A stretch of DNA of 64,000 nucleotides from Octopus sinensis (GCF_006345805.1 NC_043013.1:34162001-34226000), one strand, 5' to 3'. Positions 38,791 to 51,019 are shown, counted from the first letter of the stretch. The notes: generated by a model from the letters alone, not told the origin. A program made the numbers and translations.

Positions 38791-39195
38791 ACTGTAAACA
38801 AGGATGTGTTGTAAGGAAGCTTCCTTTCCAACTATGCAGTCACATGTTCTATCCCAGCTGCAGGGTACTTTAGGACCTAGTAATTCAGTAAACAGAAATC
38901 AATAGAATAAATACTAAACCACATACTGAAAAAAAAATAATCATGTAACACCCATGCATTACCATTGTATAGCTGCAATTCAAAAACTGAAACCAGTAAC
39001 TGAATTAGAATAATTTGGGGTACTCCATGGAAAAAGGTTGAATGACTCTGACTCATCAAAAGTAAGTGACTCCCATCAGTCTACAATTGCATATTTTAGT
39101 GTAAACTTAGCAATTTCATTGTTCTCTCCCAACTTTCATAACATTCAATGGAGAGCAGCACTTAACGTTCTACCCTTATTCTTTTCTTCAAGAAG

Positions 39196-39600
39196 TAGGA
39201 GCGGCTGTGTGGTAAGTAGCTTGCTTACCGACCACATGGCTCCGGGTTCAGTCCCACTGCATAGCTCATTGGGCAAGTGTCTTCTACTAAAGCCTTGGGC
39301 CGACCAAAGCCTTGTGAGTGGATTTGGTAGACGGAAACTGGAAGAAACCTGTCGTATATATGTATATATATATATATATGTATGTGTGTGTATATGTTTG
39401 TGTGTCTGCGTTTGTCCCCCCAACATCGCTTGACAACTGATGCTGGTGTGTTTCATCCACGTAACTTAGCAGTTCAGTAAAAGAAACCAATAGAATAAGT
39501 ACTAGGCTTACAAAGAATAAGTCCTGGGATCAATTTGCTCAACTAGAGGCAGTGCTCCAGCATGGCGACAGTCAATGACTGAAACAAGTAAAAGAGTAAG
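39196..39600 (+). mobile_element. SINE-A, full length
   Basis: As for 38392-38790. Confidence 0.93.
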
Positions 39601-39839
39601 TATTTGAATCATTGATTGAGAGCTTACTCTGAAATACATATATCTGTTCTCAAACCTATCAACCACATCCACTTTGTAATCCTTTTTTTTTAGCCACCAC
39701 GTAAATGAAAGCAGCCTGCTTTTTGTTGCCAATTGAAGGTGGTGGTTTGATCTTAATAATAATTTTGGTTAATACCAGGTCCCCTGCATCCATACCTAAG
39801 ACCTCAGATCAGTAATGCTTGGATACAGAACAAATATCT

Positions 39840-40130
39840 GCCAGTTAGTTTCATTAAGCTGCAGATGTCTTGGACAGATTTTATAGCTTACCTACACCAA
39901 CATTATGGCCAGACCTGCAGAATTATTCTCCAAATTCAGGGCCACTCTGTAACACTGCCAGACCTAGTACTTTCAGTAACCGCTCATAAACCCAGACCTA
40001 AAAGCACTCCAGAAGTGACTATTCAGTCTGTTCTCATCAAAACCTTGGATTATTATCAGGCTATCATCGCAAATGTCTTCCGACATTCATGACATGTAAA
40101 AATGATGTGCCACTGACCATATCGCACAGT
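39840..40130 (-). mobile_element. Possible decayed LINE RT fragment
   Basis: Minus-strand VTSGVLLG resembles the VTSGVPQG motif of CR1/L2/RTE RTs; multiple stops. Confidence 0.3.
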
Positions 40131-40167
40131 TAGTTGGATATATTATGTAGATAATAGATCTTAGCTT

Positions 40168-40915
40168 ATTCTGTTGTGTCTGGGGAGAGTCATTTTCTTT
40201 TTGTGCCTTATAATGTAACATACTCACCAGTAAAATTTCTACTTATTTCTTATTTATATTTTCCTAAAATTTTCGTTGCATCTTGCAACCTTTTCAATAG
40301 TCTTGACTCTCTAGCTTCATATCATCCAACCATAACGTTCAGAAACTTTGTGAAGTGAGTCAACAGAAGAACCTCCAACCTATTTTCAAATAAAGAACTC
40401 TCCAATGCCACTACTTCGAACTACATGGCCCTGACCACCAGCAGTTTTAAAGATAGGATCATTTACTCACTGAACTCTAAACACCACTAAAAGATAATAC
40501 CACAGGAGAATGTTGTTGTTCCACACACTCCTCCTTTAAAGTAAAAACTTGTGTAGAGGAGATCGTTCTTTGTGTAGAGGAGATCGTTCTTTGTGTAGAG
40601 GATAAGCACTTTCCCTGTAGGAATGGATTCCATAAAATATTTAATAGGCACATTTGAATGGTCCCTTTTAGCTGTGCACCCAGCATAAAGAAAATAATTG
40701 TAGGTAGGCCTAAAGCAGATACAGAGACAGGATGCTTATGCAGAGGCAGCACCACATGTCTCTTTAATTGCCACTGCCATACAAAGGTTACACAAATCAT
40801 CATGTATGAAGCAGAAGAAGTATTAATGGATCGCAGTAGGCAAACAAACATGTAGAAGCATGTGGGCACAACTGACGGTTCCATGAGGATGACCAGATGT
40901 AACAACCATAAGTTA
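40168..40915 (+). mobile_element. 5'-truncated PLE: inverted family G tail followed by decayed RT C-terminus and GIY-YIG N-terminus
   Basis: SYHPTITFRNFVK*VNRRTSNLFSNKE.., NRHI*MVPFSCAPSIKKII, CLCRGSTTCLFNCHC, IMYEA, HVGTTDG..RCNNHK match the PLE pattern HP..NRR.S / SYSC.P.IK.II / CxCR..CP / YIG.T..R.NNHK. Confidence 0.78.
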
Positions 40916-42110
40916 TCCTATCATCATAGCCCTGGCTTGGCATGTATGGTCATAGATTTTGACATCAAATGGTGGGTACTGGTAAAATGCAAGACTTACT
41001 TCAACAGTTGTGGGGTGTGAAGATTATGATTGAGCCAAAAAAAGGTCTATATTAAAAAATTCTCTTCCCTCAGATACCCCATTTCTCTCTCTCTCTCTTT
41101 CATTTTCCAAACATGTAGATTTGTGCCTTAGTTAGAAATGATTATCATTTAATTAGTAACAAGATTTTAATTTTTGCATAGCAGTGTATTAAATATTTGG
41201 GTATGGTATTCAGGGATCTGAAGTTTGGAACTGAAGTCATGCAATAGATGACAAATTCGCTTAATGATATTCAGGGTGTTTATAAAAGTAGGTGCAAAAA
41301 TCTGTCAGACAATGTCTGACGTGCGTTTGTGCACATCTACACTGGCTTAAGCAAGATGTGCTCGAGGAACACCTGTAGTTGTCCATGCCTATAAGTCTCA
41401 CCTCTGCAAGTTACCATTGTCTATCCAAGAAAAAAATCAGTCGACTTGAGCGGATACAGACTGGCACTGGTGTTTCACAGATTTTGCTAACAGAGTAATA
41501 GAACCCTAAACAAATACAATAAGGCTTTTAAGCCAAACTTCTAACAGTTTCATTTGGTGCATTTTCTATTAATCCCAAAAGGATAAAAGGGAAAGCTGGA
41601 TTTGAACTCAGAACACCAAGTACCAGAACACTTTACTATGAGACAATCTATCCAACAGGTTGATCACCCTGTCATTTCACTATCTTTGTTTATAAAACAA
41701 ATATCATTGATATGAAAAAACACAAGATGGACAAGCTTTAACAAGAGAATTATTATTATTATACTTGAAAGAAAGGGTCTTTAATTCTTCAGATGCTAGT
41801 CCTTCATCAGAAAAAAGAAAAAAAGGAGGATGAGAGAGAGAGGGGAAAAAAGAGAGGGAAGAAGAAAGAGAAAAGTGATATATTGGGAAATTGGGTGCAA
41901 AGTAGAGAGGAGTGAAAAAGGAATGAGAGATGTATGTATAAGTGTATATATATATATAAATCTATATGATGAATGATTAAAAATGAAATATAAAAAAGCA
42001 CCAGAGGAATAAATTTAAACAAAGATATTCATAAGGATTCACCTTTATAATATTGACCTATTATGGTAGTCAGCTTCAAGTTTAATAAAGATAAATATTG
42101 TTCTTGTCTA

Positions 42111-42342
42111 ATTTCTTTATTGCCCACAAGGGGCTAAACATAGAGGGGACAAACAAAGACAGACAATGGGATCAAGTCGATTACAACGACCACAGTGTGT
42201 ATCTGGTACTTAATTTATCGACCTTGAAAGGGTGAAAGGCAAAGTCGACCTTGGCAGAATTTGAACTCAGAACGTAGTGGCAGATGAAATACCGTTAAGC
42301 ATTTCACCCGGTGTGCTAACGTTTCTGCCAGCTCGCCACCTT
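42111..42342 (-). mobile_element. SINE-B, full length (twin of 45631-45862)
   Basis: Family motifs; 2 differences from its twin within the SINE. Confidence 0.93.
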
Positions 42343-42559
42343 GAAATACTTTTCTACTACCATAAAATATCTCCTTGAATGAGCAGACCCAAGATAAAGA
42401 TGTTCCAGCAATGACTATTTCATTGCTCTTGTTTGACTTTCTAAGGTACTCTGTACTCTAGTCTACATTTTCCAGTATGTCTCTGCTTCATATTTTTCCC
42501 TTTGTGTATTGTACTTAAATTACATTAACTAAGGTATTCTCTTTTCTCCTTTTTTTCTC

Positions 42560-42778
42560 GTTTACTTGTTTCAGTCATTGAACTGCAGCCATGCTGGAGC
42601 ACCGCCTTTAGTCGAGCAAATCGACCCCCAGGACTTATTCTTTGGAATCCTAGAACTTATTCTATCGGTCTCTCTTTTGCTGAACCGCTAAGTTACGGGG
42701 ATGTAAACACACCACCATCGGTTGTCAAGTGATGTTGGAGGGACAAACACAGACACACAAACATATGCACCCACATGC

Positions 42779-42827
<49 letters not shown>

Positions 42828-42978
42828 ACGGGCTTCTTTCTAACAAATCCACTCACAAGGCTTTGGTCGGCCCGAGGCTATATTAGAAGACACTTGCCCA
42901 AGGTGCCATGCAGTGGAAATGAACCTGGAACCATGTGGTTCATAAGCAAGCTACTTACCGCACAGCCACTCCTGCGCC
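42560..42978 (-). mobile_element. SINE-A, full length
   Basis: Ends CAGCCACTCCTGCGCCT (reverse head). Confidence 0.93.
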
Positions 42979-43524
42979 TATTGTTCATTTTTTATGATAG
43001 AAAGGGTAATACGAAGGAGAATTGCCAGTTATTTCTAGCAAAGTGAACATCCACATGGAGTCTCCCACAAATTGAATGGGTTCCAATGAGAAATTAAATT
43101 CAACTTTGACACTGAGGTTTGAACTTGCATCTAAAGTTTAGTTTAATTCTGTTACACTTTATATACTGTTTATACTCAGAATTCTCTGATAATTAAATAA
43201 AATCTTGAATAAATATATAAAGAAACAGTTAAATCTGAAAAATAATTAAGCAGCAAAAAAAAAAAAACCCTCAAACAAACAACCAAAATAACAAAACATA
43301 ATTTCATTCTCTAATTCTCATCTTCATCTCCCAAGTCACAGTAAAATGTATGAATGTATATAAACAACATCATTTGTGCGTTTGTATGTGTGTATGTATA
43401 TGTATATATGCATGTATATATTTATATCTATATATATATATGTATGTATATGCATATGTTTATAATGTATTTGTGGGTTGCTTTTCTAATTTTTTTTTTT
43501 TTATAATTTTATATTTTCACGAAG

Positions 43525-43571
43525 TGGAACATTCCAGATGGTCAACGATGACGGAAATGTTTTTTAGTAAG
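43525..43571 (+). CDS. Candidate exon (V)EHSRWSTMTEMFFSK
   Basis: Long T tract then cacgaag acceptor; AAG|gtattt donor (alternative TTA|gtaagg at 43566). Confidence 0.33.
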
Positions 43572-44419
43572 GTATTTAAGAGGTGGCTACCATGTCAGTT
43601 GTCTTAAGTTACATTCATCTAAATTATGATAAATTGCCAATAGCAAGCTAATTGCTTTCCAATAGTGCTGCACCAATAGACAATCTGCACATTTATGAGG
43701 AAATAATTACCACACATTATCCTGTTCTTGAAACAAAGATTTGACACAAAACTGTCAAAAATGTTATTTTATTATTCTAGAAATTGCAGTCAACTGCATC
43801 AAAATACATTCTACCATAGCCATTCCTCGCTCATGCATGAAATTAGCTTAAAATAAAAATTAGAAAAAAAAAAGTAAGCACAATGATTAACAACAATAAC
43901 AATAATAATACTAATACTACTATTGATAATAACAACAACGATAATAATAATGATAACAAAATGAAACTAAAAATAATAATTATAATAAAAATTAAGCATA
44001 ATTTCAATTCTGATTTATAGTACTTTTGTTTTGTTTATTTTGTTTTGTTTCGTTTTCTTTTCTTAATTGTTTCCATTGTTAATTTTTTCCCCATCTCTCC
44101 AAATGTTAAAAAATAAATAAAAAAATATATTAAAATAAAATAAAATGAAAAACACAAAATGAGAAAATCGTATTCAAGCATGTACATAGAGTGAAAATTA
44201 AATCCTGCGGCTGATTGGATAAGATGCAAGACTATTGACACAAAGGCTCAGAGTTCAAATCCATCTACTAGCCTGGTGATATACCTTTAAATCAACACCC
44301 CTTATGTTCTTGCAAATATTCTTAATATGTACATATATATTATGTATGAACAAATCTATGTGTATGGATATCTATCTATCTATCTATCTATTTATATATG
44401 CATATATATATATATGTAA

Positions 44420-44580
44420 AAGCACCCATAACACGTTCGGAGTGGTTGGCTTTGGGAGGGCATCCAACCATAGAAAACCATGCCAAATCACACTGGAGTT
44501 TGGTTTAGCCTTCCAGCTTACCAGTCCTGGTCAAACCATCCAATCCATGCCAGCATAGACAACAAATGTTAAATGATAAT
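44420..44580 (+). mobile_element. SINE-D 3' part
   Basis: GGGAGGGCATCCAACC..CCATGCCAGCATAG..TTAAATGATAATGATG. Confidence 0.8.
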
Positions 44581-44597
44581 GATGGTGATGATGATGT

Positions 44598-44635
<38 letters not shown>

Positions 44636-44644
44636 ATATATTCT

Positions 44645-45025
44645 TTTATTCCTTTACTTGTTTTAGTCATTTGGCTGAGGCCATGCTGGAGTACCACCTT
44701 TAGTAGAGCAAATCAACCCCAGGACTTATTGTTTGGAAGCCTAGTACTTATTCTATCGGTTTCTTTTGCCAAACTGTTAAGTTATGGGGACGTAAACACA
44801 CCAGCATCGGTTGTCAAGCGACTTTGGGGGGACAAACACAGACAAACACACACACACATATATACATATATACGACGGGCTTCTTTCAGTTTCCATCTAC
44901 TAAATCCACTCACAAGGCTTTGGTCGGCACAGGGCTATAGTAGAAGACACTTGCCCATGTAGTGGGACTGAACCCGGAACCATATGGTTTGTAAGAAAGC
45001 TACTTACCACACAGCTACACCTACA
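44645..45025 (-). mobile_element. SINE-A, full length
   Basis: Collinear with the other SINE-A copies. Confidence 0.9.
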
Positions 45026-45027
45026 CC

Positions 45028-45058
<31 letters not shown>

Positions 45059-45630
45059 GATGGGCACAGTGGCTTCAGTGCCCTTAATAATAATTATGTT
45101 CTATATAATTATCTATCTATTTATTACCTTATATATATATGTATGTATATATATTGTTAACTTGATTTGTTGTTCAAATCTGGACTCTTGCTCTGTCTGC
45201 TTTTAGCTAGACAACTGTTATCCTTTCAATAGGATCCTTTGTTTTCTATTGCTGTGAGGAGTTACTCTGCATTATATCTCCAGAGATCTGAGTGGACCTT
45301 CTTTTAAGTGGGATCCAAGAAGTCATGGCCAAGTATCAGTGCTATGTACTTCATGTGTGGGCATACCATTTCACTTTCTTCTTATCATCTCGGCATTGAT
45401 GTGACAGATGATGTTATATATATATATGTATATATACCTATATATATATATATACCTATACATATATATATATATATATACATGTATTTATATATATATG
45501 CATATATATATGTGTGAGTGTATATATAGATACAAAAATTTTACAATTATAAACATAACTATAATTAAGGCTTAGCAAAATTGCCTCACCACATACCGAA
45601 ATTTAGAAATAGCAGTTAAATACTATTCTT

Positions 45631-45862
45631 ATTTCTTTATTGCCCACAAGGGGCTAAACATAGAGGGGACAAACAAAGACAGACAAAGGGATCAAGTCGA
45701 TTACAACGACCACAGTGTGTATCTGGTACTTAATTTATCGACCTTGAAAGGGTGAAAGGCAAAGTCGACCTTGGCAGAATTTGAACTCAGAACGTAGCGG
45801 CAGATGAAATACCGTTAAGCATTTCACCCGGTGTGCTAACGTTTCTGCCAGCTCGCCACCTT
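45631..45862 (-). mobile_element. SINE-B, full length, with apparent TSD
   Basis: AAATACTATTCT (45618-45629) on the left and AAATACTTTTCT (45864-45875) on the right. Confidence 0.93.
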
Positions 45863-46179
45863 GAAATACTTTTCTACTACCTTAAAATATCTCCTAGATA
45901 GCAATATGTATATAGATATAATTTCCACATACAGGTTATGTATGTTTCTGTAAATGGATGTCATTTATTTCATATTGCATACAAAAATTATGCAATTTTA
46001 AGCAATTAATTCAAAGTCCGTTCACTCCTTCAGACATAGTTATAACTATAATCAACTATGATATGAACTTGCAAATGTTTGAAGAATTGTCACTGCTTCA
46101 TGGATTTGTCCAACAATTGATCAGATAGATAAAATGTAAATGTCAATTTTACCTATCACCTCTTTAGTATAATGGTTTC

Positions 46180-46370
46180 CAACTCTGACACAAGGCCAGC
46201 AATTTTGGCTAAGGGGTAAGTTGATTATATTGATCTTAGCGCTCAACTGGTGCTTGTTTTATTAGTCCCAAAAGGATGGAAGGCATAGTTGACCTTGGTG
46301 GAACATAAAAACAGATAAAATGTCACGGCATTTTGCCCAGCATGCTAATGATTCTGCCAGCTTGTCACCT
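46180..46370 (-). mobile_element. SINE-B variant (B2 tail), diverged
   Basis: GACACAAGGCCAGCAATTTTGG..CCCAAAAGGATGGAAGGC..ATTCTGCCAGCT. Confidence 0.8.
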
Positions 46371-47123
46371 TTTCGTATAATATCTCTCTACACAAGACTT
46401 GAGGCAATTAGTTTAAATAAAATTTCTCTTACAATCCAAAACATCTTCCTCTCAGCAGTAAGTTGGTCAATAAAATGAGATAATCTCTTTGATGACATTT
46501 TATCACACATGCTGATAAACTGAAGCCAAAATTAATTCCTAAGTCAAATAAGATAAATACAAAGCCAGAAAGAATAACAATGTGGTACACTAACCTTCCA
46601 AGAAAGACCAGTCTTTGAGATGCAGTCTGAGCTATGCTAAAGATATGTTTTTACCAGCAGAAATCTTTGGTAATAATGACCCCAGCATTTGGCACAACTA
46701 CAAAAACTGTAGCTGAGAGCTGCTAAGGTTTAGTGGAGGATATGTTTTGATGGTGTTTTCCTGTGGGAGACTTTTAGCTATTAAAAGACCCAACATTGGC
46801 ATGACCCAACAGAATTATTCAGCTAAGGTCTCCATTTTTAAGGCATCATATACATGTAGTCTCTAGACCAGGGGTTGAAAGCTATTTTATTTTGGTGGAT
46901 TGCCATAGCCACTTGATATTTAAAAAGTAGTTGTATATGAAGTTCTTTCAAAATTCCTGTTTTGTTTATCACACATTAATTTGTGTAGGTTGAATAATGT
47001 AAAATGTTAGAGAAACAAACTTACTTGTTTCTTACAATACAAAATCAAAAACAAACAATGTGCATGCATGAAATAAAAAATATAGAATGGCAACAATTTA
47101 CCCATTGAGGTATGTATGTACAA

Positions 47124-47167
<44 letters not shown>

Positions 47168-47199
47168 GTGTGTGTGTATATATATATATATATAAAGGA

Positions 47200-47435
47200 T
47201 CAAAGGTCCTTCCTGAATCATAAGCTCATAAGGCTGGTTTCCTGGATTCTGTTGCATACATAATTCCCTCCTGAACAGGACACTGGACCATTGCAGGATT
47301 ATTAATTTTTGCCAGCTGAGTGAACCACCCCAACATAAACTGAAATATTTTGCTCAAGAACACAATGCATTGCTCAAACTGAAACCACAATTTTATACTC
47401 ATTATTGTAACACCTAACCACTAAACCACGTATCT
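47200..47435 (-). mobile_element. SINE-C variant
   Basis: TTTGCTCAAGAACAC core, CTAACCACTAAACCACGT head. Confidence 0.8.
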
Positions 47436-47454
47436 CCATATATATATATATTTT

Positions 47455-47950
47455 AGGGTTCTGGAAAGATGTGCCAGGCCAGTTCTGTATTGCACCTTAA
47501 GGATGAAGGAACGCCATACAAAATTAAATGAAGGACAATAGAACATCCATGGTCCTATATAAATGGGAGCAGATGGTAAAAGCTTTGCTTACAGAGAGGG
47601 TAAGAATCCTTAAAGACTCAATTGACCCAAGAGTTCTCTTAAATTCAAGACATGAGATATATAGACCCTACCCACATTTCAGGTGTCACATGCTGCAGGC
47701 ATGGGATTCCCTGTTCATCAAATAGGGCTGTATAGAATATTTGTGGACCAGAACCAGCTTAGGGGCAGAGATTCTTCATTTGTCCTATTGGTCCATAAGA
47801 TTAACTGACCAAACCAGTCTAAGGGCAATAACCCATCCCTTTCAAAGTTCGGGCAGTGTATAATATTCGTTTCTTTACAAAGTAACTGAATGTAATGGTA
47901 TTCTTACCACCAGTTTGAGGAGAGGGTATATGCCCACAGCGATTGAAGTC
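47455..47950 (+). mobile_element. Possible decayed L1/Tx1 ORF2 3' fragment
   Basis: PHFRCHMLQAW resembles the P.FY..L..W motif of Tx1 ORF2; many stops. Confidence 0.28.
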
Positions 47951-48119
47951 TGATGAGCCATCTGTAAAGCTGAGTGATTTATGATTGTGACCAGACATAT
48001 ATGACCAGACATATATATAACATCACATAAAAACATTATTGCTTTAACTTTTTGAGTGTGCTTCTTTTTCTGGATATATGATCCACTGACAAACTATGCT
48101 CTGCTAAGGATTATTTCTT

Positions 48120-48280
48120 TGGAATTCGGAAGGGCATGTAGCTGTAGAAACCAAAGCCAAATCAGACTAGGCTCATTTACAGTTCTCCAGCTTACCAGTC
48201 CCTCTCAAGTCATCTAACCTATGTTAACATGGAAAATGGATGCTAAATGATGATGATGATAATGATGATGATGATGATAC
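48120..48280 (+). mobile_element. SINE-D 3' part
   Basis: GGAAGGGCATGTAGCTGTAGAAAC..CATGGAAAATGGATGCTAAATGATGATG. Confidence 0.8.
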
Positions 48281-48397
48281 ACATTATATAGACAGATTAA
48301 GGATTAAACTCACTGACACCTAGACTGCTCACTTTGAGTTCTTTATTCTAAGTAAACTGACCATGGTCCTATGAACTGGTTATACTCAAGAATGAAT

Positions 48398-48428
<31 letters not shown>

Positions 48429-48513
48429 AGAGTGAGAGTGAGACAAAGAGACACATATATATACAGATACACACATGCATATCTCTATATATGTGGGTGG
48501 GTGGAGAAGTGTG

Positions 48514-48552
<39 letters not shown>

Positions 48553-48649
48553 GTACATACCAATACACTTACTTATACTTAGTGATGTTATTTATAGCTA
48601 TATTATACTTATATTTATTGGTTTCAAGGAGAATATTAATGTCAAGTTC

Positions 48650-48707
48650 AACATCATCATCATAATCATCATCACTATTATTATTATTATCATTATCATC
48701 ATCATCA

Positions 48708-48753
<46 letters not shown>

Positions 48754-48860
48754 CACTATAAATACTATCATTATAATCACTATTATTATTACTGCATTAC
48801 TATTAGCAGCAGCATCAACATCGCCATCAGCATTATTATTATCATTATCATCGTGATTAC
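48650..48860. repeat. (ATT/ATC)n compound tract
   Basis: Direct reading. Confidence 0.93.
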
Positions 48861-49155
48861 TATTAATTCTTCCACATAAATTTCTTGTTTAGTGTATTAT
48901 CTTATTTATTATCAGTTCTTTAATCTCGGGAGTCAGGTTTTATTAGATAATGACATATAAAAACTTTAATAAATACATAAATATATCATGGTTTATGAGT
49001 ATCTTAGTCAATGGTCGGTCTCAGCTACTTCACATAGTACATTCCACTGTCCGTACTTGTTCTTTTGTGATTTTTCACACACACACACTTCATCTATGTG
49101 TGTGTATGTGTGTGCGCATGTGTATTTGTGTGTATATATATATATATGTTCATAT

Positions 49156-49235
<80 letters not shown>

Positions 49236-49817
49236 ACACACACACACACATGTATAAACAGGTATACATTTACACATACATGCATGAATGAATTTATATA
49301 TATATATACATATTTATATATATATATATATATAAAATGCAAAATGGGACAAGAATGCAAATCATCCATACAGCTAGGTGATACAAAAAGGGACAACAAA
49401 AAATCCAGATAGACAATACAAAAAGACAAGGATGGGTCATTCGAAGTTTTCTTTCCTCAGTCAAGCACCAGATTATCTTCGCAATTTTGGCTGATTAGTC
49501 TTGAGATTGCTCCAATCTGGCTAGCGCCAAGGAAAAACTAAGCTAAGAGCATTAGATTCCTTGGAAGAAAGCAGCGAATGTATACAAAAACAAGGACGGA
49601 AAAAAACAGAGCAATGTTGTACAAATATAAATACAATAAAAAATACGATAAAAATAATAGCAGAACATAACAACAGGTGCCTTTCGACTAAGGACATATT
49701 TATAACATAACACACACAAATATACATTCATACACACACACACACACACATATATATATGTATATGTATATCCTATGATTTTGCTTGGGCAAAGTGACAC
49801 TGATATCCATTTGGTAG

Positions 49818-49840
49818 AACTCAGTACATTTAAATATCAG
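49818..49840 (+). CDS. Putative 23-nt micro-exon NSVHLNI(S), phase 0 to 2
   Basis: tttggtag acceptor, consensus CAG|gtaagt donor; phase matches the 50211 exon. Confidence 0.45.
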
Positions 49841-49904
49841 GTAAGTACAGTGTGTTACAATAATAAATGAATGACAAGGGAACTGTTATACAATCATCTA
49901 CATT

Positions 49905-49978
49905 AGCATACAGCCGTTTCTGCAATTAGAAGTAGAGCAGACTGCTGTTACAACATCCTCTGTAGCTTCCTCAGAGCC
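49905..49978 (-). ncRNA. Type-I hammerhead motif H4 with long stem-II insert
   Basis: GGCT-CTGAGGA-AGC..(~45 nt)..TGCA-GAAAC-GGCT-GTA-TGCT. Confidence 0.58.
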
Positions 49979-50210
49979 ATTAACATGATGTATATATAGG
50001 TATATGCATTAATAAGGACATATCATTGTAACAATATAAGTCGGTTTTTGTGTATGGTTTTCCCTTATTCTTGATAATAAGCACTGTGATATCGCAATAA
50101 AATGTTCCATGCTATTTAATTGCTGACAGAAGTTGATGCATATGAAAATATTTCAAAGAAATCTGATTTCTTGAAGGTTGAAAAAAGAAGAATTTTGTGT
50201 CGCATTATAG

Positions 50211-50397
50211 TGATACATTGCAACAGCTGCCATCATTTTGTAAAGGACAAGGAAAACAGAAGAATGTGTTTTTTTGGAAGAATGCACTGGTTGATGCGAG
50301 TTGGATTCCACTTGAAGGGGAACAGGAAAGAAAGATATTTGATAAACTTTGCAATTGTCATTCAATGATAGGGAGATGGTTAGATGATATTTTGTTG
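50211..50397 (+). CDS. Putative internal coding exon of an unidentified gene: DTLQQLPSFCKGQGKQKNVFFWKNALVDASWIPLEGEQERKIFDKLCNCHSMIGRWLDDILL
   Basis: ttttgtgtcgcattatag acceptor, 62 open non-repetitive codons, TTG|gtaagt donor; phase 2 to 0. Confidence 0.62.
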
Positions 50398-50607
50398 GTA
50401 AGTGCTTAAAACATCATACACACACATACATACACTGAATCACAAAGACACACATTCTCATATTGATGAACTAATCTGTCCATGATACATTGACAAACGT
50501 ACATCTTCATACACAATAATTAATTATAATATTGATTATTTACTTCACTATTTTGCAATAAAACTGGTTGTTCAAAATATATTTTGCGTATCACACAAGT
50601 CACTTAA

Positions 50608-50829
50608 CCCTTTCATTACTGTATTTACTTTCAGATGCTCTGTGTTTCTTTCAATTACTTTAAAATATAACAAAGAAGTCAGTAAAATAACTTAGTTATG
50701 ATTAAGCTAGTGTTAGGAACGTGAGTTATGACTAAGGTTTGGTGGAAGATTTTAATTCAAAACTTATGGAAACAAGACATTTGTATTACAGAGCCAGAAC
50801 TAGTTTCAACTGAATTGCTAACGAAAGGG
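50608..50829. mobile_element. piggyBac-like MITE
   Basis: TTAA|CCCTTTCATT .. AACGAAAGGG|TTAA: TTAA TSD and CCC..GGG termini. Confidence 0.8.
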
Positions 50830-51019
50830 TTAAGAAACTATTATTTATTTGTGCATGTGTTCTTGTGACCTCTTTTTCTTTTGTACAAAGAATCACATAT
50901 AGACTCAATCACAGAGAGACAGACAAGCAGACTGATAGATAGATACACAAATAGATTGATGGATAGATGGACGGACGGACAGACAGACAGACAGACAGAT
51001 AAATAGATGGATAGATATC

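Noticed and set aside
40549-40600. Short direct repeats as a CRISPR-like array (also 21467-21497 and 15435-15483)
   Set aside because: Adjacent tandem duplications without spacers, in eukaryotic repeat context
46868-47040. hAT-like MITE starting CTCTAGAC|CAGGGGTTG
   Set aside because: No matching right TIR or second 8-bp TSD found
50120-50368. 82-aa ORF MLTEVDAY.. and a frameshift model joining it to the 50197 ORF
   Set aside because: A simpler acceptor at 50210 explains the coding segment without a frameshift
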